Source: Candidatus Dormiibacterota bacterium (GTDB lineage Bacteria > Chloroflexota > Dormibacteria > Aeolococcales > Aeolococcaceae). Taken from it: a DNA stretch of 64,000 nt. Shown piece after piece: positions 26,618 to 36,586 of the stretch. The notes below the pieces were generated by a model that was not told where the DNA came from, made no database searches, and saw only the letters and a list, made by a program, of their open reading frames with translations. The position numbers and the translations under genes were made by a program. Location: assembly GCA_003153505.1 (NCBI GenBank), contig PLZA01000025.1, positions 4,513 through 68,512 of the forward strand, written 5' to 3'. Position 1 is the stretch's first letter, and each line of letters opens with the position of its first letter.

Positions 26618-27391
26618 CTATGGAGCGCGGTCTGCGGTGACCTCGTTCGGTGCGGTGGCCCCGAGAAAGATCTCGCGCATGTCCGGCTTCGCCAGCACCT
26701 CCTTCGCATCCGCCGACATGACCACCTCTCCGCGTACCAGCATGTATGCCCAGTCAGAGATGCCCAGCGCCGCCACCGCTTTCTGCTCGACGAGCAGCAC
26801 CGCCTTGCCGAGATCGCCGAGCGCTCGGACCTGGGTCTCGAGGACGGCTTTCGAGAGCTCCGGCGACAGGCCTGCCGTCGGCTCATCGAGCACGAGCACC
26901 GACGGGTCGAGCATGAGCACCCGGGCGATTGCGGTCATCTTCCGCTCGCCGCCGCTGAGGGTCTCGACATAGCGATTGAGCCGCGGCCGGAGTTGCGGGA
27001 AGACGGTGAGCGCGCGCTCCATGCGCTCGGCGCGCTGGTGCTTGTTGAAGAGGTACCCGCCCATGTCGAGGTTCTCGCGCACGCGCAATCCGTCGAAGAC
27101 GTCGTCGACCTGGGGCACGTAGCCGATGCCCAACCGCGCGAGCTTCTCGAGCGGCAGCCCCGTCACATCAGTGCCGTTCAACTCGACCCGTCCGGACTCC
27201 ACGCGGGCAATGCCGAGGATCGCCTTGAGCAGCGTGCTCTTGCCCGCACCGTTCGGTCCGACCACTGCCACCACCTTGCCTTTGGCGACGTCCATGTCAA
27301 GGTTGGTCACGATCGGCGGCCCGCCATAGCCGGCGGTGATCCCACGAATCGCCAGTGCCAGAAACGGTTTCTGAACGTCAGCCGATGACAT
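26618..27391 (-). CDS. branched-chain-amino-acid-type ABC transporter ATP-binding protein (LivF-like)
   Basis: Walker A GPNGAGKST, signature LSGGERKM, Walker B LVLDEPTAGL. Confidence 0.85.
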   Translation of the reverse strand: MSSADVQKPFLALAIRGITAGYGGPPIVTNLDMDVAKGKVVAVVGPNGAGKSTLLKAILGIARVESGRVELNGTDVTGLPLEKLARLGIGYVPQVDDVFDGLRVRENLDMGGYLFNKHQRAERMERALTVFPQLRPRLNRYVETLSGGERKMTAIARVLMLDPSVLVLDEPTAGLSPELSKAVLETQVRALGDLGKAVLLVEQKAVAALGISDWAYMLVRGEVVMSADAKEVLAKPDMREIFLGATAPNEVTADRAP

Positions 27392-28153
27392 ACGCGTCCT
27401 GCACCTCGCGGCTCAGGCGGAGCTCAGACATCCGACCCTCGGACAGCACCTTTCCCTGCGCCATCACCACGACCTTGCCGCAGAGCTTGTCCACGGTCTC
27501 GAGCTCGTGTTCGACGAGCAGCAGCGAGAGACCTCCATCGGCAAGCTTGAGGAGGACGTCCTCGAGATGGCGCGACAGGCTCGGGCTCAACCCGGCCATC
27601 GGCTCGTCGAGCAGCAACAGCTTGGGTTGCATCATCAACGCACGCATGATCTCGACGGCGCGTTTCTGGCCACCGCTGAGGGTACCCGCGAGGTCGTTCG
27701 CCTTCTGCGCCATGGAGAACGTCTCGAGCATCGCCTGCGCCTCGCTGACGAGCTCCTTCTCCTGGGAGCGCCAGGCGCGTCTGCCACCGACGACCCCGGC
27801 GGCGCGCTCCCCGCGCTGGCGAGGAGCTGCGACGAGGAGGTTCTCCAGCGTCGTCAGGTTCCCGAACACACGCGCCATCTGGAACGTGCGCACCAGGCCG
27901 ATCCGGGCACGTGCATGCATCGCCATTCCGGTGATGTCCACGCCGTCGAAGCGGATGCGTCCGCCACTCGGTTGCACGAATCCACCGATCATCGCAAGCG
28001 CGGTCGACTTGCCCGCACCGTTCGGTCCGATCAGCCCGGTGATGCTCCCGCGTTCCACGGTGAATGAGATGCCGTCGACGGCACGGACGCCGCCGTAGTG
28101 CTTTTCCAGATGGTCGACTTCGAGGAGCGGCCCGGTCGCAGCGAGTGCCACCG
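27378..28153 (-). CDS. branched-chain-amino-acid-type ABC transporter ATP-binding protein (LivG-like)
   Basis: Walker A GPNGAGKST, signature LSGGQKRAVEI, Walker B LLLDEPMAGL. Start inferred just after the upstream permease stop. Confidence 0.8.
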
Positions 28154-28155
28154 GG

Positions 28156-29124
28156 TCAGCCCGGTAACTTCGACGGTGACTCGCCGCGGTAGCGTGGCCG
28201 CCGCTCTTTGAGCACACCCTGCGGACGGAACCAGATGAAGGCGATCGTCGCAGCGCCCAGGATGATCCAGCCGAAGTCCTCACTGAGTCCGGGGCTCGAG
28301 GCGATCTGCGGCAGGAACTGGACTCCCTGGAGCAGGAGCACGGCGATGATCAGCGTGCCCAGACTGACGCCGAGGTCGCTGCCTCTGCCGCCGACGATGA
28401 TGCAGCTGAGAAATGCGAGGGTCTCGATGTATGCCCACGCCGAGGGCGACCATCCACCGATGAACCCGGCGAGCAGCGCCCCGCTCAGTCCGCCGAACGC
28501 GCCGCCGACCGCCTGGACAACGAGGCGAAGGCGCACGACATCCTTGCCCGCCGCCGACGCGGCGGTGTCGTCATCGCGCATCGCCCGGAGCGTCCGGCCC
28601 ATCGGGCCGGTGGTGAAACGACGCAGCACCACGAAGCCGATCAGGCAGCACACCGCGACCAATGCGACGTACGCCCAGCGTGCCGTGTCCGGATCGAGGT
28701 TGGAGAATGGATTGGGAATGAGTGCAAGGCCCGCGGTGCCGTTGAAGAGCCCGATGTCCGCGCTCACAATCGTCGTCACCATCAGGGACACGACCAGCAT
28801 CGCCACGCCCTGGTAGTCCTGACGCAGCCGTTTGAGCCCCGTGAGCCCAATGAGCGTGCCGACCAAAGCGCCGGCTGCCGCACCGACCAGCAGCGCCAGT
28901 GGAAAGGGCAACGTGAAGCCGCCGATGTACGTCTGAAAACCGCCGTTGCCCGACGACGGACCGAGGGTCACGATCGCGTACGCGTATGCGCCTGCGGCGA
29001 CCACCACGATGTACGCGAGATTGGCGATTCCCGCGACGCCGAACTCGAGGTTGAGCCCCCAGACCGCGAGCAGGTCGGTGCCGAGGTACACGAGCATGAC
29101 GACCAGGTAGTACTCCCAGGCCAT
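28156..29124 (-). CDS. ABC transporter permease (LivM-like)
   Basis: MAWEYYLVVMLVYLGTDLLAVWGLNLEFGVAGIANLAYIV... Start inferred at MAWEYY, directly after the TAG of the upstream LivH-like gene. The listed 560-aa ORF includes a non-coding-like Arg/Gly N-terminal extension. Confidence 0.8.
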   Translation of the reverse strand: MAWEYYLVVMLVYLGTDLLAVWGLNLEFGVAGIANLAYIVVVAAGAYAYAIVTLGPSSGNGGFQTYIGGFTLPFPLALLVGAAAGALVGTLIGLTGLKRLRQDYQGVAMLVVSLMVTTIVSADIGLFNGTAGLALIPNPFSNLDPDTARWAYVALVAVCCLIGFVVLRRFTTGPMGRTLRAMRDDDTAASAAGKDVVRLRLVVQAVGGAFGGLSGALLAGFIGGWSPSAWAYIETLAFLSCIIVGGRGSDLGVSLGTLIIAVLLLQGVQFLPQIASSPGLSEDFGWIILGAATIAFIWFRPQGVLKERRPRYRGESPSKLPG

Positions 29125-29126
29125 GC

Positions 29127-30017
29127 CTACCCCTCCATCAGCCGGCGGCTGGACCACGCGGCGCCGAAGAGGCCACGCGGCCGGACGAGCAGCACGATGA
29201 TGAGGATCACGAAGGCCACCACGTCCTTGTAGTTCGGGTTGCTCACCGCGGCCGCCACCTCGCTGGAGATGCCGATGATCATCCCGCCCAGCATCGCGCC
29301 ATACGGCTGACCGATGCCGCCGAGCACCGCTGCCGCGATCATCGGAATGAGGAACAGGGCGCCGAGCGAGAAGTCGAAGCTGACGGTGGTGATCGCCAGC
29401 GCAACGCCGGCCGCACCGCACAGGCATCCTGAGATGAACCATGCGATGTCGCTGATGCGGCTCGTCGCGATGCCGCAGCTGCGCGCGAGAGTCCGGTTCG
29501 AGGATGTTGCGCGCATCGCCTTGCCGAGCGTCGTCCGGGTCAGAAGCAAATGCAGCGCCAGCATCAGGATCGCGGTGAGCACGATGATCGTGACCTGCCC
29601 GAAGGAGAGCGTCAGATCCAGGAAGTGGAAGGTTTGGCCGCTCTGCTCCCCATAGCTCTGCGACGACGGTCCGGCGATCGCCACGATCACGTACTGCAGG
29701 ATGGTTCCCGCAGACACAGTGACGATGATCATGGCGATCGCCCGGGTGCCACGCCGCACCAGCGGTGCCAGGAGAATGCGGTGGTAGATCACCGAAACGG
29801 CCCCTACTGCGACGGCGCTGATGGCGAGTGCTGCCCACGCATTGATGCCGTGGTTGATCAGCACCAGCCCGATGTACGCGGAGAGCGTCATCAGCGCGCC
29901 ATAGGTGATGTTGAGGATGTTGCTGATGCCGAACTGCACCGAGAAGCCGACCGCGCCCAGAGCGATCACTGCACCGGTGGCGATGCCGAAACCGATGGCC
30001 TCAATGATCAGCTGCAA
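29127..30017 (-). CDS. ABC transporter permease (LivH-like)
   Basis: MQLIIEAIGFGIATGAVIALGAVGFSVQFGISNILNITYGALMTLSAY... 296 aa. Confidence 0.85.
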   Translation of the reverse strand: MQLIIEAIGFGIATGAVIALGAVGFSVQFGISNILNITYGALMTLSAYIGLVLINHGINAWAALAISAVAVGAVSVIYHRILLAPLVRRGTRAIAMIIVTVSAGTILQYVIVAIAGPSSQSYGEQSGQTFHFLDLTLSFGQVTIIVLTAILMLALHLLLTRTTLGKAMRATSSNRTLARSCGIATSRISDIAWFISGCLCGAAGVALAITTVSFDFSLGALFLIPMIAAAVLGGIGQPYGAMLGGMIIGISSEVAAAVSNPNYKDVVAFVILIIVLLVRPRGLFGAAWSSRRLMEG

Positions 30018-30065
30018 CGGTCATCCCCACTGGGCGATTGTATGAATGAGGCACTGCCTCCGCCG

Positions 30066-31367
30066 TCACAGCAGGCCGAGAACCTGCGTGCCGGAGATGC
30101 TGCCCACGCGGCTGGCGCTGCCGTCGGGGTTGAAGATGTTTGCGGCGAACTCGCCCGCCGAGTTGTGGTACTGGTTGAAGACCACAGGGCCGATGACACC
30201 GACGTACTGGATCTGCTTGCCGGCCTTGAGCGCCGCCACACCGTCGGCGAAGTTGCTCACCACCACGGCTCCGGGCTTCGGAGAGATGATCTTGGTCACG
30301 AACTGGTTGTAGTACGAGCCGACGGTCGACTTGGCCATGACCATGGCAAGCGCCATGATGTTGATCCCGTCGTACGCGGACGCCGGCGGGCCCACGGCGC
30401 TGAGCACGTCGGCGATCGCGCTCGTCCGGGAGTCGTTCTGGAGCGCGGTCTTGTACGTGTTGAAGGCCGCAGTCGTCTGGCTGAACGAGGATCCGACAAG
30501 GTAAACGTCCTGGGTGACGTAGGTGACGCCTACGACCCGCTTCAGGGCACCAAAGAAGTCAGGGGTCAACGAGTCGGTGGCGGTCACCATCGGCGGGATC
30601 GAGCCGTTGTTGAGCTGCTTGTACTCGGACATGAAGGTCGCCGTGGTCTGCGGATCAGCGGACCAGATCAGCGCATCCGGGTGGGCGTTGATGACCCGGG
30701 CCACTTCGCTCGAGTACGAGGCCGCGTCCGCCGGAATTGTCAGCTGCAGCCCGAGGCTGCCGCCGAGCTTCGGCATCGCGGATGTCAGACCAGGAAGGTT
30801 CCCCTCGGAGCCGATCCCGTTCTGGAAGACAACCGCGACGTTCTTGAATCCCTTCTGCACCGCCCACACGGCAAACGCCGCGCCATTGGCGTCGTCGGAC
30901 GGAGTGAGCCGCCAGTAGTACGGGTAGCTGTTCTTCGTGAATGCCACGAGCCCATTCGTCGTGACGATCGGGATCTTGGCGTCGTTGACGAGCGGCACGG
31001 TGGTCGCGGCCGTATTGCTCTCGAGGCCGACCGCTATATCCAGGTTCGTCGTGGTCGCGATTGCGCGGGTGACGTTGGGGACCGCGTCCGCCGGGTCGCC
31101 GGTATCGTCGATCGCCGAGCAGCTGATCGTCTTGCCCAAGATGCCGCCGGCCTTGTTGATCAAATCCGTGGCCGCGAAGCAGGGGGCCGACAGGAGCTTG
31201 CCGAATTGGGCGGCCGGCCCGGTGAACGGCGCGATCACGCCCGCGGTGATGTTGCCCGACTGTGTCGGGACTGACGACGAGGAGGACGGGCTGCTGCTCC
31301 CGCAGGCAGCGACCAGCGCGGTCGCTCCCACCAGAGCGGCCACTCGCCAGGTTCTCTGGGAGCCCAT
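30066..31367 (-). CDS. ABC transporter substrate-binding lipoprotein, Peripla_BP_6 (LivK/LivJ-like) family
   Basis: Lipoprotein signal MGSQRTWRVAALVGATALVAACGSSS and a Ser-rich linker. The 433-aa body has the LivK-like fold. Confidence 0.8.
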   Translation of the reverse strand: MGSQRTWRVAALVGATALVAACGSSSPSSSSSVPTQSGNITAGVIAPFTGPAAQFGKLLSAPCFAATDLINKAGGILGKTISCSAIDDTGDPADAVPNVTRAIATTTNLDIAVGLESNTAATTVPLVNDAKIPIVTTNGLVAFTKNSYPYYWRLTPSDDANGAAFAVWAVQKGFKNVAVVFQNGIGSEGNLPGLTSAMPKLGGSLGLQLTIPADAASYSSEVARVINAHPDALIWSADPQTTATFMSEYKQLNNGSIPPMVTATDSLTPDFFGALKRVVGVTYVTQDVYLVGSSFSQTTAAFNTYKTALQNDSRTSAIADVLSAVGPPASAYDGINIMALAMVMAKSTVGSYYNQFVTKIISPKPGAVVVSNFADGVAALKAGKQIQYVGVIGPVVFNQYHNSAGEFAANIFNPDGSASRVGSISGTQVLGLL

Positions 31368-31535
31368 GGAAAAACCTCCTTGTGAAGGTCACGCCGTTCC
31401 GGCGGTGTCGCGTCCGCACCGTCCACCCTACCGTGGTGAGCAGTACCATAATGGACGCAGCAGACAAGTGCAAGGCCCGCCGGCCTGTGCGTGCCGCGAT
31501 GCGGCAAGCGCCTCGAAACGGGCGAAGGAGACGCG

Positions 31536-33185
31536 ATGATCGACGACGGTTTCGAGATCAAATTCCTCCCCGGCACGTCTCCCCAGGACGCGGGGTGTCC
31601 ACCGCTGTCACCACGCACGGAGCGCGTTGACGGCATGATCATCGAGTACGACACGGCGGTTCGCATGCGCGACGGCATCGAGATCTACGCGGATGTCTTC
31701 CGGCCGGACGGCCCGGAGCCCGTGCCACCGATCATCGGCTGGGGACCGTATGGCAAGCACGGCGCGGTCAAGTACGACATCTTCCCCAAACACGGGGTCG
31801 ACCCCGCATGGACCTCGAAGTACGCCGGGTTCGAGGCACCCGACCCCCTGTATTGGACCCGCCACGGTTACGCCGTGATCAACGTGGATCCTCGCGGCAT
31901 GTGGAACTCTCAGGGTGACGCCACCTTCTACTCATCGCAGGAGGCACGTGACGTTTACGACTTCATCGAGTGGGCGGGAACGCAGCCGTGGAGCAACGGC
32001 AGGGTCGGCATGTCCGGCGTGTCCTACCTCGCGATCACGCAGTGGCGGGCGGCGGCCGATCGCCCCCCGCATCTCGCAGCGATCAACCCATGGGAAGGGG
32101 TCAGCGATCGCTATCGAGACATGTCGTATCACGGTGGCATTCCGGAGGACAGTTTCGGACCGATGTGGCGGTCGAAGCGCGTCGCCTTCTCCAACGGCAT
32201 GGTCGAGGACACGGTCGCCATGCACGCGGATCACCCGCTCTTCGATGCGTACTGGGCGAGCAAGACGCCCGACCTGTCAAAGGTTGAGATCCCCACGTTC
32301 GTGGTTGCCAGCTGGTCGGACCAGGGATTGCACAACCGCGGCACCATCGAGGGCTTCAAGCACATCAGCTCGAAGGACAAATGGCTTCTCGTGCACGGCC
32401 GGAAGAAGTGGCAGTTCTACTACCGTCCTGACAACGTCGAGTTGCTCCGCCAGTTCTTCGACAAGTTCCTCCGCGGTGTGGAGGACAGCGGAGTCGATTC
32501 GTGGCCCCGTGTGCGACTCGAGACGCGCGAGCGCTTCTACGTCGGCGACTATCGCGACGAGGCCGGCTGGCCGCTGGCGCAGACGCAGGCGCGGGCGCTG
32601 TACCTCGAGCCCGAGTCGAAAACACTGGTCGCCGACGTGCCGCCCAAGGAAGGTACCGTGCGATATGCCGGCGCCACCGAGCGGGTCGAATTCACGCATC
32701 GATTCGGGGAGCGAACCGACCTGATCGGCCCGATGAAACTGCACCTCTGGGTCGAGGCTGAGGGCTCCAGCGACATGGACCTGTTCGTCGCAATCCAAAA
32801 GCTCGACGAGCAGGGTGAGATCGTGCCCTTCTCGTTCCTCAACTCGCTCGAGGATGGCCCGGTCGCGCTTGGCTGGCTGCGCGCGTCGCACCGCGAGCTG
32901 GACCCGGACCTTTCCACCGACCTGCAGCCGTGGCATCCCCACACGCGCGAGCAGTTGCTCGAGCCTGGGCAGATCGTGCCGGTCGACATCGAGATATGGC
33001 CATCCGGAACGCGCTTCGAGGCCGGTGAGCAGCTGCGCATGATCGTCCAGGGCAGCGACATCTACATGTATCCGCCGGGCATCGTGCGCATGGGTCATTC
33101 GAAGACGCGCAACGCGGGGAGCCACGTGATCCACACAGGCGGCCGCTACGACTCGCACCTGCTCGTGCCGGTCATCCCCGCCTGA
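31536..33185 (+). CDS. CocE/NonD-family alpha/beta hydrolase (X-Pro dipeptidyl-peptidase S15-like)
   Basis: YDTAVRMRDGIEIYADVFRP..., GWGPYGKHG, nucleophile elbow GMSGVSYLA, C-terminal beta-sandwich. Start inferred at MIDDGF. Confidence 0.8.
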   Translation: MIDDGFEIKFLPGTSPQDAGCPPLSPRTERVDGMIIEYDTAVRMRDGIEIYADVFRPDGPEPVPPIIGWGPYGKHGAVKYDIFPKHGVDPAWTSKYAGFEAPDPLYWTRHGYAVINVDPRGMWNSQGDATFYSSQEARDVYDFIEWAGTQPWSNGRVGMSGVSYLAITQWRAAADRPPHLAAINPWEGVSDRYRDMSYHGGIPEDSFGPMWRSKRVAFSNGMVEDTVAMHADHPLFDAYWASKTPDLSKVEIPTFVVASWSDQGLHNRGTIEGFKHISSKDKWLLVHGRKKWQFYYRPDNVELLRQFFDKFLRGVEDSGVDSWPRVRLETRERFYVGDYRDEAGWPLAQTQARALYLEPESKTLVADVPPKEGTVRYAGATERVEFTHRFGERTDLIGPMKLHLWVEAEGSSDMDLFVAIQKLDEQGEIVPFSFLNSLEDGPVALGWLRASHRELDPDLSTDLQPWHPHTREQLLEPGQIVPVDIEIWPSGTRFEAGEQLRMIVQGSDIYMYPPGIVRMGHSKTRNAGSHVIHTGGRYDSHLLVPVIPA

Positions 33186-33191
33186 CATCGT

Positions 33192-34157
33192 GTGGCGGGC
33201 AGCGGTGTGAACGTGCTGCTGCTGCTCGCCTTGCCTGAGCCCGTCCGCGCCGCGTATCTCGGAAGGCTGCGGCGAGCATTTCCCGAGGTGACCGTCAACC
33301 TCGCGGAGCATCACGAGAAGGTCGGTCCCTACATCGCCGATGCGGATGTGCTGATCACCTTCGGCGCTCACATGAGTGACCACGTGCTCGAGGAAGGTGT
33401 CAACCTCCGCTGGATCCAGGCGCTCGGCACCGGCGTGGACGGCATCGCCGATCGACCTGCCCTTCGTGCCGGTGTGCTCGTCACCAACCTGCGCGGGCTG
33501 CATGGACCCGCAGTGTCCGAATCCGTGCTCGCGTCGATGCTCGCGCTGGCGCGCGATCTGCCGCGCTCGCTCGGCAACCAGTGGCGCGGGCAGTGGCAGC
33601 GATTCCCGGTGCAGCTGCTCAAGGGCAAGACTGCGGGCATCCTGGGGGTCGGTGTCATTGCCGAAGAGCTCGCGCCAAAATGCGCTGCGCTGGGGATGCG
33701 CGTCGTCGGTGTGTCGTCAGCTCAGCGAATCGTCCCCGGCTTCGAATCCATCTGGGGGCTCGACCGGCTCAACCAGGTTGCCGGTGAGTCGGACTTCCTG
33801 GTGCTGCTGACCCCCTACTCGGCTGCGACGCACGGCATTGTCAACGCTCGGGTGATCGCGGCGATGCGGCCGTCCAGCTTTCTGATCAATGTGGCGAGAG
33901 GCGGGATCGTCGACGAGCCCGCGTTGATCACCGCGTTGGAGCAGCACAGCATCGCCGGTGCCGCGCTCGATGTCTTCAGCGATGAGCCCCTGCCCGCAGA
34001 TCACCCACTCTGGAGGCTCGACAATGTCATCCTCACGCCGCACATCGCAGGGTTTCACGTCGGCTACATCGACGACGCGCTGCCGATCGTGGAGGAGAAC
34101 TTGCGTCGATTCATCGCCGGGGATGTCAGCACCATGCGCAACGTGGTGAGCACCTGA
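33192..34157 (+). CDS. D-isomer-specific 2-hydroxyacid dehydrogenase (NAD-binding)
   Basis: GKTAGILGVGVIAEELAPKCAALGMRV (GxGxxG Rossmann); catalytic region ...INVARGGIVDEPAL...AALDVFSDEPLP...LDNVILTPHIAGF. Confidence 0.85.
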   Translation: MAGSGVNVLLLLALPEPVRAAYLGRLRRAFPEVTVNLAEHHEKVGPYIADADVLITFGAHMSDHVLEEGVNLRWIQALGTGVDGIADRPALRAGVLVTNLRGLHGPAVSESVLASMLALARDLPRSLGNQWRGQWQRFPVQLLKGKTAGILGVGVIAEELAPKCAALGMRVVGVSSAQRIVPGFESIWGLDRLNQVAGESDFLVLLTPYSAATHGIVNARVIAAMRPSSFLINVARGGIVDEPALITALEQHSIAGAALDVFSDEPLPADHPLWRLDNVILTPHIAGFHVGYIDDALPIVEENLRRFIAGDVSTMRNVVST

Positions 34158-35377
34158 TGGCCGGGTTTCCAGCCGTCCCGCGTGCAGCCGAGCGGGTCAA
34201 CACGCCGATCCCCAGTCGTGAGCTCGAGCGGCGATGGGCCGCAATCCGAGCAGCAATGGACTCGGCCGGGCTGGATGTGCTGCTCGCCCAGGCAAACAAC
34301 GACTTCATGGGCGGCTACGTCAAATACTTGACCGACCTCCCCGCCACCAACGGCTACGTGACCACTGTCATCTTCTTCAAGGACGAGCCGATGACGATCA
34401 TCGGGCAGGGTGCGTTCGGCATCGACAGCCACCTGCCCGAGGAAGGTGACGGCGTCAGGCGGGGGGTTGCTCGGGTGATGGGCACGCCCAGCTACGCGTC
34501 AGCGCACTACAGCGCCGGATACGACGCCGAGCTCGCGGCGCGCGCACTGGCGCGCCATGCACATGGGACGATCGGCATGCTGGGCACCGCTGCCATCTCA
34601 TTCGCCCTCATCGAGTCGCTCCGGACCGGAGCGCTGAGCGGTGCTCACTTCGTCGATGCCTCAGACGTGATCGATCCCATCAAAGCGGTGAAGAGTGCTG
34701 ATGAGATGGCACTCGTGCGCTTGGCCGCAACCGCGCAGGACGAGGCGATGCGCGCCGCGCTCGCGGCGGTCAAGCCCGGCATGCGCGAGCTCGATGTCGC
34801 CGCGATCGCCGAGCAGGTCGGGCACTCGTTCGGCAGCGAGCAGGGCCTCTTTCTGGCGTTCGCCGGACCCGCTGGGCAGCCGGGCCAGATCGTCAATCGG
34901 CACCTGCAATATCGCGTCATCGAACCGGGGGACCAGTTCAGCCTCCTGATCGAGAACAACGGCCCGGGTGGGATGTATTGCGAGCTCGGCCGCAGCATCG
35001 TGCTCGGCACGGCGACACCCGAGATGCGCGAGCAGCACCAGTTCCTCCTCGAGGCGCAGCGGTTCTGTGTCGAGCAACTGCACGACGGCGCGGACGGTCC
35101 GGACATCTGGGACCGGTACAACCTCTTTATGCGTGAGCACGGGCGACCAGAGGAAAAGCGCGTGCACTTCCACGGACAGGGCTACGACATGGTGGAGCGC
35201 CCGCTCATTCGTCACGATGAGACGATGGCGATTCGCAGCAACATGTACTTCTCGCTCCATCCGGCTTTCAGCACGCCGCACGGCTATAGCTGGATCTCCG
35301 ACAACTACTTCCTCGACGGCGACGGGACGGTGGAGCGTTTGCACGCCACGCCTCAGGAGCTGTTCGAAATCGATTGA
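34157..35377 (+). CDS. M24-family metallo-hydrolase (Xaa-Pro aminopeptidase / creatinase / ectoine-hydrolase-like) with creatinase-type N-terminal domain
   Basis: Creatinase_N-like N-terminal half. The M24 pita-bread C-terminal half carries conserved His/Glu/Asp ligands (...HFHGQGYDMVERP...). Confidence 0.7.
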   Translation: MAGFPAVPRAAERVNTPIPSRELERRWAAIRAAMDSAGLDVLLAQANNDFMGGYVKYLTDLPATNGYVTTVIFFKDEPMTIIGQGAFGIDSHLPEEGDGVRRGVARVMGTPSYASAHYSAGYDAELAARALARHAHGTIGMLGTAAISFALIESLRTGALSGAHFVDASDVIDPIKAVKSADEMALVRLAATAQDEAMRAALAAVKPGMRELDVAAIAEQVGHSFGSEQGLFLAFAGPAGQPGQIVNRHLQYRVIEPGDQFSLLIENNGPGGMYCELGRSIVLGTATPEMREQHQFLLEAQRFCVEQLHDGADGPDIWDRYNLFMREHGRPEEKRVHFHGQGYDMVERPLIRHDETMAIRSNMYFSLHPAFSTPHGYSWISDNYFLDGDGTVERLHATPQELFEID

Positions 35378-35383
35378 GCACCA

Positions 35384-36547
35384 GTGCCTGACGCGGTCGT
35401 GGTCGCGGCCGGACGGTCGCCGATCGGCCGTGCCGGGAAGGGGTCGCTCGTGGGCTGGCGCCCCGATGATCTCGGCGCGCTCGTCGTCACCAAGGTGCTC
35501 GAACAGATCCCGCAACTCCCGCTGAGCGACATCGAGGATCTCATCTGCGGCTGCGGTCGGCCGGGTGGCGAGCAGGGCTTCAACCTGGGGCGCATCGTGG
35601 CGGTGCTCGCGGGCCTCGACGTCCCCGGGACGACGGTCACGCGCTTCTGTGCGAGCTCGTTGCAGACCACGCGGATGGCCGCGCATGCGATCACTGTCGG
35701 CGAGGGCGATGTGTTCCTGTCTGTCGGGATCGAGATGGTGTCGCGGTTCGTCAATGGCATGCCCGACACGGCCGAGAACCGAAACCCGCGACTCGCGCCT
35801 GGCAACACCGAATCACTACCGGACGTGTACATCGCAATGGGTCAGACAGCGGAGAACGTGGCTCGTCGAGAGGGAATCTCACGAGAGGAACAGGACCGGT
35901 TCGCGCTGCGCAGTCAGGAACGCGCGGTCGCGGCGCAGGACAGCGGCTTCTCCGACCGCGAGATCATCCCGGTGCCGCTCGCTGACGGCAGGGTGATGAC
36001 CAGGGACGACGGCCCGCGGCCCGGGACCAGCCTGGACAAGCTCGCGGCGCTCGCCCCCGTGTTTCGCGAGGATGGCACGGTCACGGCCGGCAATTCGTGT
36101 CCGCTCAACGACGGTGCCGCAGCGGTAGTTGTCATGAGCGACTCCCGTGCACGCGACCTGGGTATCACCCCGCTGGCGCGCATCGTCAGCACCGGGCTCG
36201 GATCGCTGGACCCCAACTACATGGGACTGGGCCCGATCAGTGCGAGCAGGCAGGCGCTCGCCCGTGCCGGTATGAGCATCGACGACATCGACGTGGTCGA
36301 GCTCAACGAGGCATTCGCTGCCCAGGTCATCCCGTCCGCGCGAGGCATCGGCATCGACCCGTGGGATGAGCGCTTCAATCCGCACGGTGGGGCAATCGCA
36401 CTCGGCCATCCGTTCGGAATGACCGGAGCCCGCATCCTGACGACGCTGCTCAACGATCTACGCACCAGTGACAGCTCTATCGGCCTCGAGACGATGTGCG
36501 TCGGTGGCGGAATGGGGATGGCAATGATCGTGGAGCGATTGAGTTAA
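35384..36547 (+). CDS. acetyl-CoA C-acyltransferase (thiolase)
   Basis: VVAAGRSPIGRAGKGSL..., active-site Cys region RFCASSLQT, C-terminal NPHGGAIALGHPFGMTGARI and CVGGGMGMAM. Confidence 0.9.
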   Translation: MPDAVVVAAGRSPIGRAGKGSLVGWRPDDLGALVVTKVLEQIPQLPLSDIEDLICGCGRPGGEQGFNLGRIVAVLAGLDVPGTTVTRFCASSLQTTRMAAHAITVGEGDVFLSVGIEMVSRFVNGMPDTAENRNPRLAPGNTESLPDVYIAMGQTAENVARREGISREEQDRFALRSQERAVAAQDSGFSDREIIPVPLADGRVMTRDDGPRPGTSLDKLAALAPVFREDGTVTAGNSCPLNDGAAAVVVMSDSRARDLGITPLARIVSTGLGSLDPNYMGLGPISASRQALARAGMSIDDIDVVELNEAFAAQVIPSARGIGIDPWDERFNPHGGAIALGHPFGMTGARILTTLLNDLRTSDSSIGLETMCVGGGMGMAMIVERLS

Positions 36548-36586
36548 AGTCTGTCCGAGGGCGACACGCAGCCAGGAGCGCAGTCC

